Positions 10,107-20,685 of a DNA stretch of 64,000 nucleotides are shown piece by piece. Numbering within the stretch: position 1 is the first letter of the stretch; each line of letters starts with the position of its first letter. The notes below the pieces were generated by a model that was given only the letters and a program-made list of their open reading frames with translations, was not told where the DNA came from and ran no database searches. The stretch spans positions 288,001 to 352,000 of the forward strand of contig CAWGLD010000004.1 in the NCBI GenBank assembly GCA_963823335.1. The letters run 5' to 3'. Made by a program: the position numbers and the translations under genes. This DNA is from an uncultured delta proteobacterium. GTDB taxonomy: Bacteria; Desulfobacterota; Desulfobacteria; Desulfobacterales; B30-G6.

Positions 10107-11245
10107 GGTCGTCCCCTGCGCTCCTCGGACAACGGCATCAAGACGGCAGACAGACCGAGCATACCGAATAAAACCCCCACTGTGACGGGAAGCCCTTCTG
10201 GTCCTAACAGGTCCATGGCGGTTCCGGCAATTGAAGGGCCGATGATCCCGCCGATTCCCCACATCAGACCAAATGCGGAATTTCCGGCCAGCAGAAGTGT
10301 GCCGGAGAATCGATCTCCAAGCTCGACCATGGCAACGGTATACGTCCCAAATGCAACCGCACCCCAGACAAACAGCATGGGCCATATCCATAAGGAGCCT
10401 TCGATCCACCAGGCCAGGAAACCACATCCGGCCACGGTTCCAAAGGCAAGATAGCACAAAAGATTTTTTCGGGAAATGCGATCAGCCAGCCAGCCAATGG
10501 GGAGTTGAAGCAGGACATTTCCGATAATGAGAACCATAAGCAAATATGATGCGGTCGCTTCGCTAAGACCGTGCCGCAAACTGTAAATCGGCAGCAGCGA
10601 TATCATTACCTGGTCGAAAAGAGCGGCGAAAGCGACGGCCATTAAAAGCAGGGGCGCCATCACAAAGATCGAAAACATGGAAGCCTTTTCCGAGCCGTTG
10701 AAATCCGGCAGATGGGCTCTGGCAGATACAATAAGCGGTAGTGCCAGGAGTATCCCGACGGCAGCCACCAGAAATGGCAACCAGCCCTGAGAACCGATTA
10801 TGGCAATTGTCAACGGCCCCAGGGCGAATCCGGCAGCTGCGACGGTGGTGTAAAGACCGATGATCCGACCCCGTATCTGGGGTGGTGCCAACTGATTGAT
10901 CCAGGTTTCGCTGGTAATAAAAATACCGGTGTTGACAATACCAAGCAAAAACCGCAATAGAAACCAACTGCCTAGATCTCTGAAAACAGCCAGCAGTAGC
11001 AATATGACAGCTGCCATGCACAGACTGGAAACACACAAGGACCAAGCGCCGAAACGTCTTGCCAGCGATGGCATAAAGGGAGACGAAACAATAATGCCCA
11101 GGGGCGTCATGGCCGCGTTCAGACCAATCAGGCCGGTACTGACGCCCATGCTGTCAAGAATCAGGGACAACAGCGGATAACTGAGTCCTAAGGTCAGGCA
11201 GAAGATCCCGATAGCGGCAATGGATACAATAATACCCGGATTCAT
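10103..11245 (-). CDS. MFS transporter (YcaD-like)
   Basis: About 12 hydrophobic segments; ETWINQLAP..RGR, GWLADRISR; ATGA overlap with the upstream gene. Confidence 0.9.
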   Translation of the reverse strand: MNPGIIVSIAAIGIFCLTLGLSYPLLSLILDSMGVSTGLIGLNAAMTPLGIIVSSPFMPSLARRFGAWSLCVSSLCMAAVILLLLAVFRDLGSWFLLRFLLGIVNTGIFITSETWINQLAPPQIRGRIIGLYTTVAAAGFALGPLTIAIIGSQGWLPFLVAAVGILLALPLIVSARAHLPDFNGSEKASMFSIFVMAPLLLMAVAFAALFDQVMISLLPIYSLRHGLSEATASYLLMVLIIGNVLLQLPIGWLADRISRKNLLCYLAFGTVAGCGFLAWWIEGSLWIWPMLFVWGAVAFGTYTVAMVELGDRFSGTLLLAGNSAFGLMWGIGGIIGPSIAGTAMDLLGPEGLPVTVGVLFGMLGLSAVLMPLSEERRGRP

Positions 11246-12285
11246 CTGCCTTCCTGGGCTTCGACACCCTCTTTTATCAGGTCCAGTACACGGTCTTTTT
11301 CTTCGGGAAATTTGTATCCTTCGTAGCTCTGGGTAAACAAAAGCTGCCCGTTTCGATTGACCCAGCCATTTCCGGCATGGTCGAAACAAACCTTGGAAGT
11401 GACATCCAGGGTTTCTATCAGAAGCTTCAGTTCGATCAGCACTTCCCTGGGTGACAGCAGTGTAAGGGTCCCCTTTTCATAGGCATCATGGATCGGTGTG
11501 CCGGGCCACGGCGAAAACGGCCGGGAACGGATATAGTGCGGATCGATACCGTTCAATACCCGAGCCGTGTTCCGGGCATGATTCTCCCAGTCTTCTTTGC
11601 CACCCAGACCGGGCATCCAGTACTCAGACAACTGGAAACCGGCTTTGATGGCCTTTTTACCACCCTCGATGTGTTCCTCCCCGGTGACACCTTTTCTTAT
11701 CTTTTTCAACAGGGTGTCGTCCCCGGTTTCCAGGCCCACATGCAGCCGATCCAGACCGGCTTTCCGGATAGCGGTCAATTCCGCCTGGGGTTTTCTCGCC
11801 AAGGTCTTTGCACGGGCATAGGTGGTGCACCGCTCCAGGGAGGGAAACGTGCTGCGAAGATAGGTGAGTACATCAACCAGTTTGTCACTGGCCATCATCA
11901 GGCTGTTTCCATCCTGTAAAAAGACAGTTTTTGCCCCGGATGACAGCCAGTTCAGAACCATGCCAAAACCCTGGCTGGAGTTGAGTTGCGGTTCTTTTTC
12001 GATCATGGCAATGATCGTGTCTCTATCGATCTGCCCGCCGTGACCGAGTTCTTGGGAAATAGACTGCATATCGTTGATCAGTCCGGCGATGGTATCGATA
12101 TCGCCCTTGATCTCCTCAGCGGTTCTGAGAGAAAATTTCTCGTGTTTGTACATGCCGCAAAAAGTGCAGTTGTTCCACGGGCAGTTCCGGGTAAAACGCA
12201 ACAGCAGGGAGAAACTTCCCCCCTCACTCGGTGGTCGGTACATCCCCACTTCAAAATCGTATTTTCCAGCCTTCTCAGGTGCCAT
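11242..12285 (-). CDS. Radical SAM protein
   Basis: YRPPSE, CPWNNCTFC (CxxxCxxC), HVGLETG. Confidence 0.93.
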   Translation of the reverse strand: MAPEKAGKYDFEVGMYRPPSEGGSFSLLLRFTRNCPWNNCTFCGMYKHEKFSLRTAEEIKGDIDTIAGLINDMQSISQELGHGGQIDRDTIIAMIEKEPQLNSSQGFGMVLNWLSSGAKTVFLQDGNSLMMASDKLVDVLTYLRSTFPSLERCTTYARAKTLARKPQAELTAIRKAGLDRLHVGLETGDDTLLKKIRKGVTGEEHIEGGKKAIKAGFQLSEYWMPGLGGKEDWENHARNTARVLNGIDPHYIRSRPFSPWPGTPIHDAYEKGTLTLLSPREVLIELKLLIETLDVTSKVCFDHAGNGWVNRNGQLLFTQSYEGYKFPEEKDRVLDLIKEGVEAQEGR

Positions 12286-12528
12286 TGTGACTATCCTTTC
12301 TAAAGTTTCTCTTCTTAGGTTCTGATAAAATCGTCGATTAAATTTAATATGTATATCTTTTCTGAATTGTAAATACAAAGAGATCAAGAAGATACGCTAG
12401 GCCCGAGACATTGTTCGGGAAGAGCATAGAAACGGGAATATGATCTGCTGGCAGCTTCAGTTATTTTTATCGAAAACACCGTGTAAAAATCGAATGGCGC
12501 CAAGAAGTATGGAGAGCCACGCTGGTTT

Positions 12529-14454
12529 TCATCCGCCAATGAGGCACTTTCTGATATTCTCCCACTTACTATTTTTCACCCAGGAATATTTCTCAAAATA
12601 CAGCTTGTCGCTGGAGAAAAACGTTCCCTCGTTCTTACGCTTGAGAATGTTCTCAAACTGCCCAGGTCCGCCATTATACATCGCATAAACAATTCTCGCG
12701 AAGGTGTCGTCATCCAGGACCTTTCCAGCCTTCATTTTCTTTATCCTATCCAAGGTGTACTTTCTTAAATAAAGCTCGAGAATTTCACAGCCTGCTGCAG
12801 TGTTGTATCGTATGTCCCATCGCAGATGGTGCACGTCGTACATGCCTCGCCAAATGCGTTCGTTTACCTGCATCAAACCCACGGAGGTACGGTTGTAGGA
12901 CTGAAGGTAAGTCACTTTCTGCTTCCTCACTCTAAATTGCCTGAAACAGCTTTCCTGCCAGGCGGTGGAGAGTACGATCAGGCGATAGAGATCGTGGTAT
13001 TTCTCCTCGATCTTGCTGTCATTCAAAGCACCATCAGAGGCTTCCTCTACAAGAGAGATAACACGCTCAACGTACGTTTTGTAGTTTTTCTTCGAGAAGA
13101 CCCATGGTTTAATGTCCTTGAACGTAATCGTCGGCTTATCCGCTTTTGCCCAGGCTGGTTTACCCATAAAGGACATTATCAGCTTCTCAAAACTGGAATC
13201 TTCATCTTCATTGAAATCGATTTCTTCTCCCTCTATCTCAAATTCCTCCATATGGGTGACCGGAGTTGATGCTTCAGGTGGTGCACCAAGACCAAGAACC
13301 CTCCTAAGTTCTGAATTTACGCCGGGACGATAATCTAGAGTCAATGATTTATCTTCCGCTAACAATCGTGCCAGACGGATTAAACCGTTGCGACTGATCT
13401 CTATCCCCATGGTGGGACTAATTTTATCTAAAGCCGATAAAGCGTCGGCAGCTGTAAAAAAAGCCAGGTAGCCGAAGAGAGATTTAGAGGGGTCATCACC
13501 CAGCTGTTTTCTAAAAATGGGCGACAAATTATCCCATGTCGATATGAATTGCTTCCTGACAAAATCCCTTTCCACCGTTCCCTCCAACAGGCCGGTGACA
13601 AATCGATGCCGGATTTCCAAGAGGGTATCCAAAAGAATCTGACGATCAGGTTCAGATATAGGCTCGTTTGAGAGCGAAGTAATCATTAACACCAAAAAAG
13701 AGTCCCAAGCTTCCCAGGTATCGATAAATACCGCCAATTCCTCTGTGAAGAGCTGCTCTCTTTCAATGTCACTATCCTTTTTAAAGGTTTCAACAACCTC
13801 CGTAAGAATTCCGATTTGTAATGCTTCAGAAGTTGGGTTGATTTTCCCCGGTCTCATGCTTTCCAACATTCTTTGCACATTGGCTTGAAGATCAATGGGA
13901 AATAGTTCCACCAAGACTGGCTTTAGCTCCAAGACTGGCGGCGCAAGATTAATCGTAATGCCCTCTAAATATTCATAAACATATGTTTTGGTCAGATCCC
14001 AGACAACTCCAGTAATTTTTGATGGTCTGTGATGTTTGTCATATAGAGTAGACTCAACAGTGTGAAAAGATAGGTTCCATTTGCTATCAACTAATGGTGT
14101 TTGAACCAAAGCGAGGTACCCTTCCCATTCAACAGGCATTACGCAATTGTTCAGAATGAGGGTGCCTGCAACCACACGAACTTTCGTTTCAAACAGAATA
14201 TGCGCGCTTTCTTCTCTGATGCTTGGTTCTGAGATCGTAATTTTCATGCAACCATCATTTTCATTTACCAATATGGCGGTTTGGCCTGGATCTGTGTAAG
14301 CGGTCTTGATTATGATCGATTTAAGTAGTTGATAGTCGATTGATATTGGTAAAGAGACGGTTTCTGTGGAGGCTTGTGCCTGTATCGGGGAGAATAAAAC
14401 AGGTACAGACAAAAGGAGAAGGGCCGTGATTAAAAAACCAGATATTGTTTTCAT
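12529..14454 (-). CDS. Secreted protein with C-terminal lytic transglycosylase (SLT) domain
   Basis: Signal peptide; TAWQES, SVGLMQVN, YAMYNGGP. Confidence 0.85.
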   Translation of the reverse strand: MKTISGFLITALLLLSVPVLFSPIQAQASTETVSLPISIDYQLLKSIIIKTAYTDPGQTAILVNENDGCMKITISEPSIREESAHILFETKVRVVAGTLILNNCVMPVEWEGYLALVQTPLVDSKWNLSFHTVESTLYDKHHRPSKITGVVWDLTKTYVYEYLEGITINLAPPVLELKPVLVELFPIDLQANVQRMLESMRPGKINPTSEALQIGILTEVVETFKKDSDIEREQLFTEELAVFIDTWEAWDSFLVLMITSLSNEPISEPDRQILLDTLLEIRHRFVTGLLEGTVERDFVRKQFISTWDNLSPIFRKQLGDDPSKSLFGYLAFFTAADALSALDKISPTMGIEISRNGLIRLARLLAEDKSLTLDYRPGVNSELRRVLGLGAPPEASTPVTHMEEFEIEGEEIDFNEDEDSSFEKLIMSFMGKPAWAKADKPTITFKDIKPWVFSKKNYKTYVERVISLVEEASDGALNDSKIEEKYHDLYRLIVLSTAWQESCFRQFRVRKQKVTYLQSYNRTSVGLMQVNERIWRGMYDVHHLRWDIRYNTAAGCEILELYLRKYTLDRIKKMKAGKVLDDDTFARIVYAMYNGGPGQFENILKRKNEGTFFSSDKLYFEKYSWVKNSKWENIRKCLIGG

Positions 14455-14646
14455 TTTACCTAATTTGCAATAAGTATTTCTTATCGATCAACAGGTTGCC
14501 GAGTAAATTAACAATATTGACTAAAAATATACAACACCAATGGACTTCATATCATCTGAAATTTAACTTATCGAAAAGCTTAGGTAAATACAAGAATATA
14601 AGATGGCTGGAGGGAGGCAAAGTAAATAGGTGTGCATCTGTACCCA

Positions 14647-14678
14647 AAAAAACTCCCCACTGCTGAAATGGGGAGTTT
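14647..14678. terminator. Hairpin, probable intrinsic terminator for the minus-strand DUF748 gene
   Basis: aaaaaaactcccca-ctgctgaaa-tggggagttt; U-tract on the minus strand. Confidence 0.55.
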
Positions 14679-14947
14679 CACTCTCAAATGCCGTCAACGT
14701 TTTCTGCTTTGTTGTTTATTGTTAGCGACATAAATAATTGCGCATTACCATTTTTCAGACAATCCATTAATAAAAGCCTTGTCTGTATTATGCGCAATTT
14801 CATTGGACAGCACTGTCATTTATTAACGAAAGGAAAGATATCTGTGAAGAGCTTTTCTCCTGCTGGGTCTGCCGTGCTTCCAGGTTTAATCCTGCCTGGG
14901 CAGGCTTGCCTGGTTTCATGCGCTCGCTGTTGCGGTTCAGCGATCCG

Positions 14948-17900
14948 TCATTGAAGAATCTCGAGTTCCAACTTTGCCTGAGCAGACTTGCCGGGTTTCA
15001 GGGCTTTCGGTTTTTTAACGTCGATCCTGTCTTCTGAGACTCCCCTTATTTCAATCATCTCCAGGACGATTGCCAGGGACCTGGATTGACCCAGCTGTAT
15101 CAGTGCGGATTCCGGCAGAGGCTCGTCAACGACCATTTGGCGATAAAGCGTTTTCCAAAGGGCGGCAGGGTCGGAAATCTTGACCTCCTGGGTGGATGCC
15201 GCTGCCTGCTCCCCGGTTTTGGCCGGAGTTTGTTCGGCGGCGGTCTTGATTTCACCCAATCTCTCTTTGCCATATCGTTCCGTAAAAACTGCCTCCAGCA
15301 CAGACTGGATGGCGGGGTTACCGAAATCCAGGGCACCGGGGGCCTCACCGGGTATCAGTGTCACTCCCTGCCGCTCCGCAATATATTTTTTCAGCTGCAT
15401 CGCTTTCAGAGCCTTGCCGTCCTTCTTCTCGCTGTATCGTCCTTGAACCAGAAGTTTCAGTTTCGGGCGTTTCTCGAGTGCCTTGGCCAGATTAGCCAGT
15501 TTTTCCACCTCCGGCGGCAGCAATTCGGCAAAGCCGTCTTCAAACTCAATGACGTCGAGCTTCTCGGTATCCACTCCCAGCAGCGCGCCCAGGGCACGAA
15601 AAGGCGAAGCAGCTATCTTGTTGATCAGATTGGTAAACGCCCCCCAGATAAGCTGGCCATAGCGAAATTTGGGATCTGCCAGATCACCCCTTACGGGCAG
15701 CGCAATATCGATGATGCCGTCGGCATCCTCCAGAATGGCGATGGCCAGATTCAGAGGCAAGGAAACAGCATCCGGACTGTCGATCTTTTTCCCCAGTTTG
15801 ATGCGTTCTACAATGATCTGATTGTCACCCTTGATCTTGCCATTCTCGACAAAATACTTTGACTCCGAGGACAACTTTCCGGAATCGATCCGTCGACCCA
15901 CAAATTTTCCGGAATATGGCGTCAAACTTGCCATTTCCAGATTCCGAAAAAGAACCGACATGTCCGTGTAAACAGTGGGGTCAAAGATACTGATTTCTCC
16001 GTCGATTTTCGATATGCCGTACGCATCCACACGACCATCAAGTTTGACCCGGGCGCGGGCGCCCGGTTCCGTTGACATACCGGTAATGGCGCCGTCTAGC
16101 TGATGAATTTTTACTGTGAATTTGGAACGCAGACTGTAATCGGCAAAAAGCAGACCGCCGTCCGCAACCTGCAGTTTATGGATATAGACCGGAAAGGCGG
16201 AACCCTCAACTTTTGGAGCATCTTCAACTTCTTTCTTTGCCGGTTCCACATCTTCGTGCTTGAATGCATTGGCGAGATTGAGAGAACCATCCTCAAGAAT
16301 GATGAACTGCCCGTCCAGCCCGGAGAGTTTCAGATCTGTTACTTCCAGACGGTCCGGCTGCAGCTGAAATGTGAGATCCGACGTCAGGAAGTGTTTCCAC
16401 CCCAGCAATGTCTTCTTGGATCCTGCCTCCAGAATCTGGAGATCTGCCACATCGAAACCGCCTCGAAACTGAATCTTCGGCTGGTTTTCTTTTTCCTGGT
16501 AGGCAAACTGTCCCCGGGTGGAAATCGTTCCCGAGGCCACGTTTAAGGAGGCCTGTGACTTGAGGTAGGCTTCAAAGGGTGACAGGGCAAGGGCGGAGAT
16601 ATCCAAGTCTGCCATGACAGACGGTTCCGCAGGATCGATGCGGCCTTGAACCGCAAAGTGCCCCCCTTCCCGGATATCAAAAGACAGATCCACGGGCATC
16701 TGAGACTTACCGTCAATGTTGGAAGCCGCCACATGCAGATTGTCCAGATGGAGAATCTCTCCTTCCTGCTTGACGGTGCGATCGCTGAAGAATACACCGA
16801 AGTTTGCAAGCTCGACAGCCCTGATTAAATATTGAAACGATGACTCCCCGGTATTCCCGGATGACCCTGGTGTCTTTTCAGTGTCGGTTCTCTCCCCTAA
16901 AAACAGACCCGCCAAATTCAGCCGGCCATCCTTTTCCCGGGAGACATCGATGTCGCCGTTCTGAAAATGTATACTTTCGATGGCCAGAGCATTACGTCCA
17001 AGGTCATAACTACCCCCCTTGAGAAGCCATTTTTCTATGCTGATTTCAGGATCAGGTGTATCCGGATTTCCAATCTGAATGTCGTTTAGACCAAAGGAGA
17101 CCTCCGTGACCTGCAGGTCGGTTCCTGCCCGGCCTGACACCAGCGCCAGTTGAAACGTCCCGTCCATATCGGTGACACCCGCATGCAGCATGGGCATCCG
17201 GCTTTGATCCTGATACTGGAACTTGATATCCCGCAGTTCCACCCCCGACACCTTGATTTCCCAGGGATTTTCCTGGGATGCGTCAGTGCCCGGATCCGGT
17301 GCCTGCGGAGGTGCGGGTGCTGAATCGTCTGCCTTGGAACCGGCAGCGAACCTGCTCCAGTTGAGATGACCGTCACCATCAATGGTAACCGCGGTCTTTC
17401 CACCTTCGAACAAAATCTTTTGGACATCCACGGTCTGACGCGTCACATCCACCAGGGGGGCCTTAATCTCCAGCCGGGACAATTCCAGCAAGGGCAAATC
17501 GTCTCCTGGAATTTGCATGACCAATTCCGCGAGGATGAATTCGAGGTTGTTGAGACGTATGGATGGCTCCGCCTGCCCTAAATCGATCTCATATGCGGTG
17601 TGAAGGTCGAATTTTCCCTCCGGGTTATCGATGGCCGCGCTGTCCCGGAAAAACTGCCATACCTTGGCCAAATGGATATCGCTGAAGCTTAAACGGCCGC
17701 TGGATCGGAAGGGGTGCAAGGTAATCTCACCCGTCCATTCAAACGACGCCTTTTCCGGGGTGGTTGCCGTCAGACTGTAGGGTCCTACCCGATCCGGAAG
17801 CGTGGATATGTCATGCAACTCGAGGTTGAGGGGACGAACGGCAATCGTGGCCGGTACAGACTGGCGTTGATCTGTATAGATAAGCTCACCCTCGGTGATC

Positions 17901-18382
17901 TGAATGTGCTTCAGAACCATTCTGAGTGGTGCCGGCTGCGCTGTTTCCTGCCCAACCGACCTGTCTGTCCCTTCTGCTTTCCGGCTTTCAGGCGCCAGTT
18001 TGGCAAGATTCAAAATGCCCTGCTCATCGATCAGGGCATTGACCCCGGGTTTGTCCAGGCGGACGGTTTTGAACACCAGGGCCCAGCGGAACAGGCTGCT
18101 CAATTCGAAATCGAGGAAGCATTGCCTGAAGCCGGCGATAAATGTGCCGTCCTGCTCATGGAGACCCACATCGTCGGCCTGAAAACTGAACAGGAACGGA
18201 TTGATTTTCACCTTTTCCAGGCGAAGTTCCCGGTGCAGTTTTTCCGCCACCATGCCCGGCGCATAGCGGGTTACCAGGTACGGTGCCAAAAAAAAGCCCG
18301 ACAGGGTATAGAGTATCAGCACTGCCACCAGTGTTATCACGATCTTGCTGTGAATAATCTTTTGAAAAACCGTCATATTCAT
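14948..18382 (-). CDS. DUF748 domain protein (AsmA-like, repeated DUF748)
   Basis: N-terminal TM anchor, KINPF, LTPYSGKF.G..I.SGKL, LPLNLAIAILED..GIIDIALPV.GDL.DP. Confidence 0.9.
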   Translation of the reverse strand: MNMTVFQKIIHSKIVITLVAVLILYTLSGFFLAPYLVTRYAPGMVAEKLHRELRLEKVKINPFLFSFQADDVGLHEQDGTFIAGFRQCFLDFELSSLFRWALVFKTVRLDKPGVNALIDEQGILNLAKLAPESRKAEGTDRSVGQETAQPAPLRMVLKHIQITEGELIYTDQRQSVPATIAVRPLNLELHDISTLPDRVGPYSLTATTPEKASFEWTGEITLHPFRSSGRLSFSDIHLAKVWQFFRDSAAIDNPEGKFDLHTAYEIDLGQAEPSIRLNNLEFILAELVMQIPGDDLPLLELSRLEIKAPLVDVTRQTVDVQKILFEGGKTAVTIDGDGHLNWSRFAAGSKADDSAPAPPQAPDPGTDASQENPWEIKVSGVELRDIKFQYQDQSRMPMLHAGVTDMDGTFQLALVSGRAGTDLQVTEVSFGLNDIQIGNPDTPDPEISIEKWLLKGGSYDLGRNALAIESIHFQNGDIDVSREKDGRLNLAGLFLGERTDTEKTPGSSGNTGESSFQYLIRAVELANFGVFFSDRTVKQEGEILHLDNLHVAASNIDGKSQMPVDLSFDIREGGHFAVQGRIDPAEPSVMADLDISALALSPFEAYLKSQASLNVASGTISTRGQFAYQEKENQPKIQFRGGFDVADLQILEAGSKKTLLGWKHFLTSDLTFQLQPDRLEVTDLKLSGLDGQFIILEDGSLNLANAFKHEDVEPAKKEVEDAPKVEGSAFPVYIHKLQVADGGLLFADYSLRSKFTVKIHQLDGAITGMSTEPGARARVKLDGRVDAYGISKIDGEISIFDPTVYTDMSVLFRNLEMASLTPYSGKFVGRRIDSGKLSSESKYFVENGKIKGDNQIIVERIKLGKKIDSPDAVSLPLNLAIAILEDADGIIDIALPVRGDLADPKFRYGQLIWGAFTNLINKIAASPFRALGALLGVDTEKLDVIEFEDGFAELLPPEVEKLANLAKALEKRPKLKLLVQGRYSEKKDGKALKAMQLKKYIAERQGVTLIPGEAPGALDFGNPAIQSVLEAVFTERYGKERLGEIKTAAEQTPAKTGEQAAASTQEVKISDPAALWKTLYRQMVVDEPLPESALIQLGQSRSLAIVLEMIEIRGVSEDRIDVKKPKALKPGKSAQAKLELEILQ

Positions 18383-18516
18383 TTTCCCTCGAAAAAAAAC
18401 TGTTTATCAATGGTATTCTTGTGGTTATTATTATCTGATGAGACGTTATGGAATAATATGAAGCGTTGGGTCGTATGTCAATCCGATAGCGGTTTAAAGA
18501 AAGGAAGCACAGCCAT

Positions 18517-19089
18517 ATGAAACCACGATGCCCCTGGGCAGGCAAAGAGCCCCTGATGGTGGCGTACCATGACCGGGAATGGGGTGTGCCCCTGCATGAT
18601 GAAAAAAAGCTGTTTGAATTCCTCTGTCTGGAGGGGGCCCAGGCTGGTCTGAGCTGGTCCACCGTTCTGAATAAACGGGCGGCCTATTGTTTGGCATTCG
18701 ACGGATTCGATCCCGACCTGGTGGCTGGCTACGACGAGCCCAGGATCCAGGTGCTGTTGCAAAACCAGGGAATTATCCGCAACAATCTCAAGATCCGAGC
18801 CTTTGTCACCAATGCCAATCGATTTCTGGGGATCCAGTCGGAATTTGGCAGTTTCGACACCTATGTCTGGGCATTTGTGAATCACCGCCCCATTCAGAAC
18901 CGCTGGAAACGCTTGGACCAGATACCTGCCACAAGCCCTGAATCTGTCACCATGAGCAAGGATATGCGTCGGCGGGGATTCAAATTCGTCGGGCCCACCA
19001 TCTGCTACGCATTGATGCAGGCCATCGGCATGGTCAATGACCACATTGTCGATTGCTTTCGTCACCAAGAAGCGAACACCCTTCTGTAA
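18517..19089 (+). CDS. tag: DNA-3-methyladenine glycosylase I
   Basis: RCPW, YHDREWGVP, LEGAQAGLSW, GFKFVGPTICYALMQA.GMVNDH...C. Confidence 0.96.
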   Translation: MKPRCPWAGKEPLMVAYHDREWGVPLHDEKKLFEFLCLEGAQAGLSWSTVLNKRAAYCLAFDGFDPDLVAGYDEPRIQVLLQNQGIIRNNLKIRAFVTNANRFLGIQSEFGSFDTYVWAFVNHRPIQNRWKRLDQIPATSPESVTMSKDMRRRGFKFVGPTICYALMQAIGMVNDHIVDCFRHQEANTLL

Positions 19090-19101
19090 TTCATCATTTA
19101 T

Positions 19102-19266
19102 TGAAGAACCTCGCAGCAAGCTACGAGGAATGTTCTGTCGTGCGACAGTGCTTCGCAGCGACCGTAAGGAATTCTGTCTAATATAGATTCGCTCGCTAAC
19201 CCCGCAGCATGCGAAGCACTGCCGAACGGCAGAACCTACGGGGAATGCGCTCGCTTTTTCGGTTCA
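19102..19266 (+). repeat. TGAA...TTCA REP/MITE-like family, longest copy with nested hairpins
   Basis: Near-identical to 22056-22196 plus an extra gcactgccgaacggcagaac insert. Confidence 0.9.
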
Positions 19267-19342
19267 ACTATTCGTTATTACGATAGTTATTAAATGGGCA
19301 ACCCCTTATTGAACCCATTGTTTATGCTATGAATAAAAAGAC

Positions 19343-19400
19343 TTGACATGGACACCGATCCATCATATTGAATTTTGTATTCAAAATACAAAATTCAATA
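19343..19400 (+). promoter_or_regulatory. TTGACA -35 box plus perfect 16-bp inverted repeat (probable GntR operator)
   Basis: tattgaattttgtatt-caa-aatacaaaattcaata at 19366-19400, overlapping the -10 region upstream of the GntR gene. Confidence 0.7.
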
Positions 19401-19472
19401 TGATTCGAAATCCCTTTTTACTCAGTATGTGCGGCACACTCATTTTCAATCAATTTTCAAGGGAACCCAGTC

Positions 19473-20117
19473 ATGCCGAACATCGGTGCAGAACACGAAA
19501 ACCTGGATCAGAAAGTCTACCTGACACTGAGAAACATGATCACGGAAAGAAAGCTGTTACCCGGGCAGAAAATTCCCCAGGAAAAGCTGGCGCATGATCT
19601 GGGTATCAGCCGGACACCGTTGATCAGTGCTCTGAAATTTCTCGAAAAAGAAAAAGTGGTCGAATCAAAGCCCCGCCGGGGTTTTTTTGTGCGCCTCTTT
19701 GAACTGCAGGAACTGATCAACATTTTCGAACTCCGTGAAGTCTTGGAGGGCCTGGCTGCACGTCGCGCTGCCACGCGGATCACCCCTCAACAAATGAAAA
19801 CACTGCAAACATTTTTCACCAGGTTTCGCCAGAGTCAAGATATTCATGATTACAAAGCCTATGCTCAGGAAGATCGGAAATTCCATATTTTCATTGCTGA
19901 AATCGGTTCAAAAGAATTTCTGAAGAGCATTCTGGAAACCTACAATATTATCATCTACAGCTATCAACTGATCAACTCAGAAGGATTGGTTAGGTCTCCG
20001 AATGAGACTGTTCATGAGCATTTCGCCATTATCGACGCCATTCGAAACGGCGACGCTGAAAATGCCGAAAAGCACATGCGTATGCACTTCAGAAAATCCA
20101 TTTTGAAGCTTAGGTAA
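19473..20117 (+). CDS. GntR family regulator (FCD domain)
   Basis: LGISRTP wHTH; FELREVLEG, DRKFH, HEHFAIIDAI. Confidence 0.95.
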   Translation: MPNIGAEHENLDQKVYLTLRNMITERKLLPGQKIPQEKLAHDLGISRTPLISALKFLEKEKVVESKPRRGFFVRLFELQELINIFELREVLEGLAARRAATRITPQQMKTLQTFFTRFRQSQDIHDYKAYAQEDRKFHIFIAEIGSKEFLKSILETYNIIIYSYQLINSEGLVRSPNETVHEHFAIIDAIRNGDAENAEKHMRMHFRKSILKLR

Positions 20118-20232
20118 TACATGTGAACAACGGAAGGGGGGATAAAAACAACCATGGTTGCGCAGCAGTGCCTGGTATCTTCCAATGAAGCGCTTCATTA
20201 ACACGAACATTCAAACAAGGGAGGAATTGGAA

Positions 20233-20685
20233 ATGAAAAAATTTTTTATCATCAGCCTTATTGCTTTTCTGGCCGTCACCACCAGTGTGTACGCCGCAGG
20301 AAAAAATTTTCCCAAACGGAACATCACCAATGCCGTCGTCTGGGGCGCCGGGGGCGGCACAGATACATGCAACCGAATAATTACAGCTGAAATGGCCAAT
20401 ATTCTGGGGGTCAACATCAATGTCATCAATAAAACCGGCGGTGTCGCCGGGTCCGTCGGGATGAGCTATGCTTACAGCCAGCCGCACGACGGTTACACGC
20501 TGTGTGGTTTGTCCGAATCAAATGTCACGGCCGGCGTACAGGGTGGTTGGGACAAAAAATTCGATGTCTGGGACACTTTTATCGTAGGCGGATCCCCGGA
20601 TGTCATCTCTGTCACACCAGACACACCGTATAAAACCCTCACGGATCTTATCGAAGCCGCAAAAAAGAGGAGGATCTGTAAATGA
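20233..20685 (+). pseudogene. Truncated TctC (tripartite tricarboxylate transporter substrate-binding protein)
   Basis: Signal peptide, FPKRNI, WGAGGGTD, INKTGG, DGYT, TLTDLIEAAKK; ends at 150 aa (about half of typical length) at the next gene's RBS; no tctA/tctB. Confidence 0.8.
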
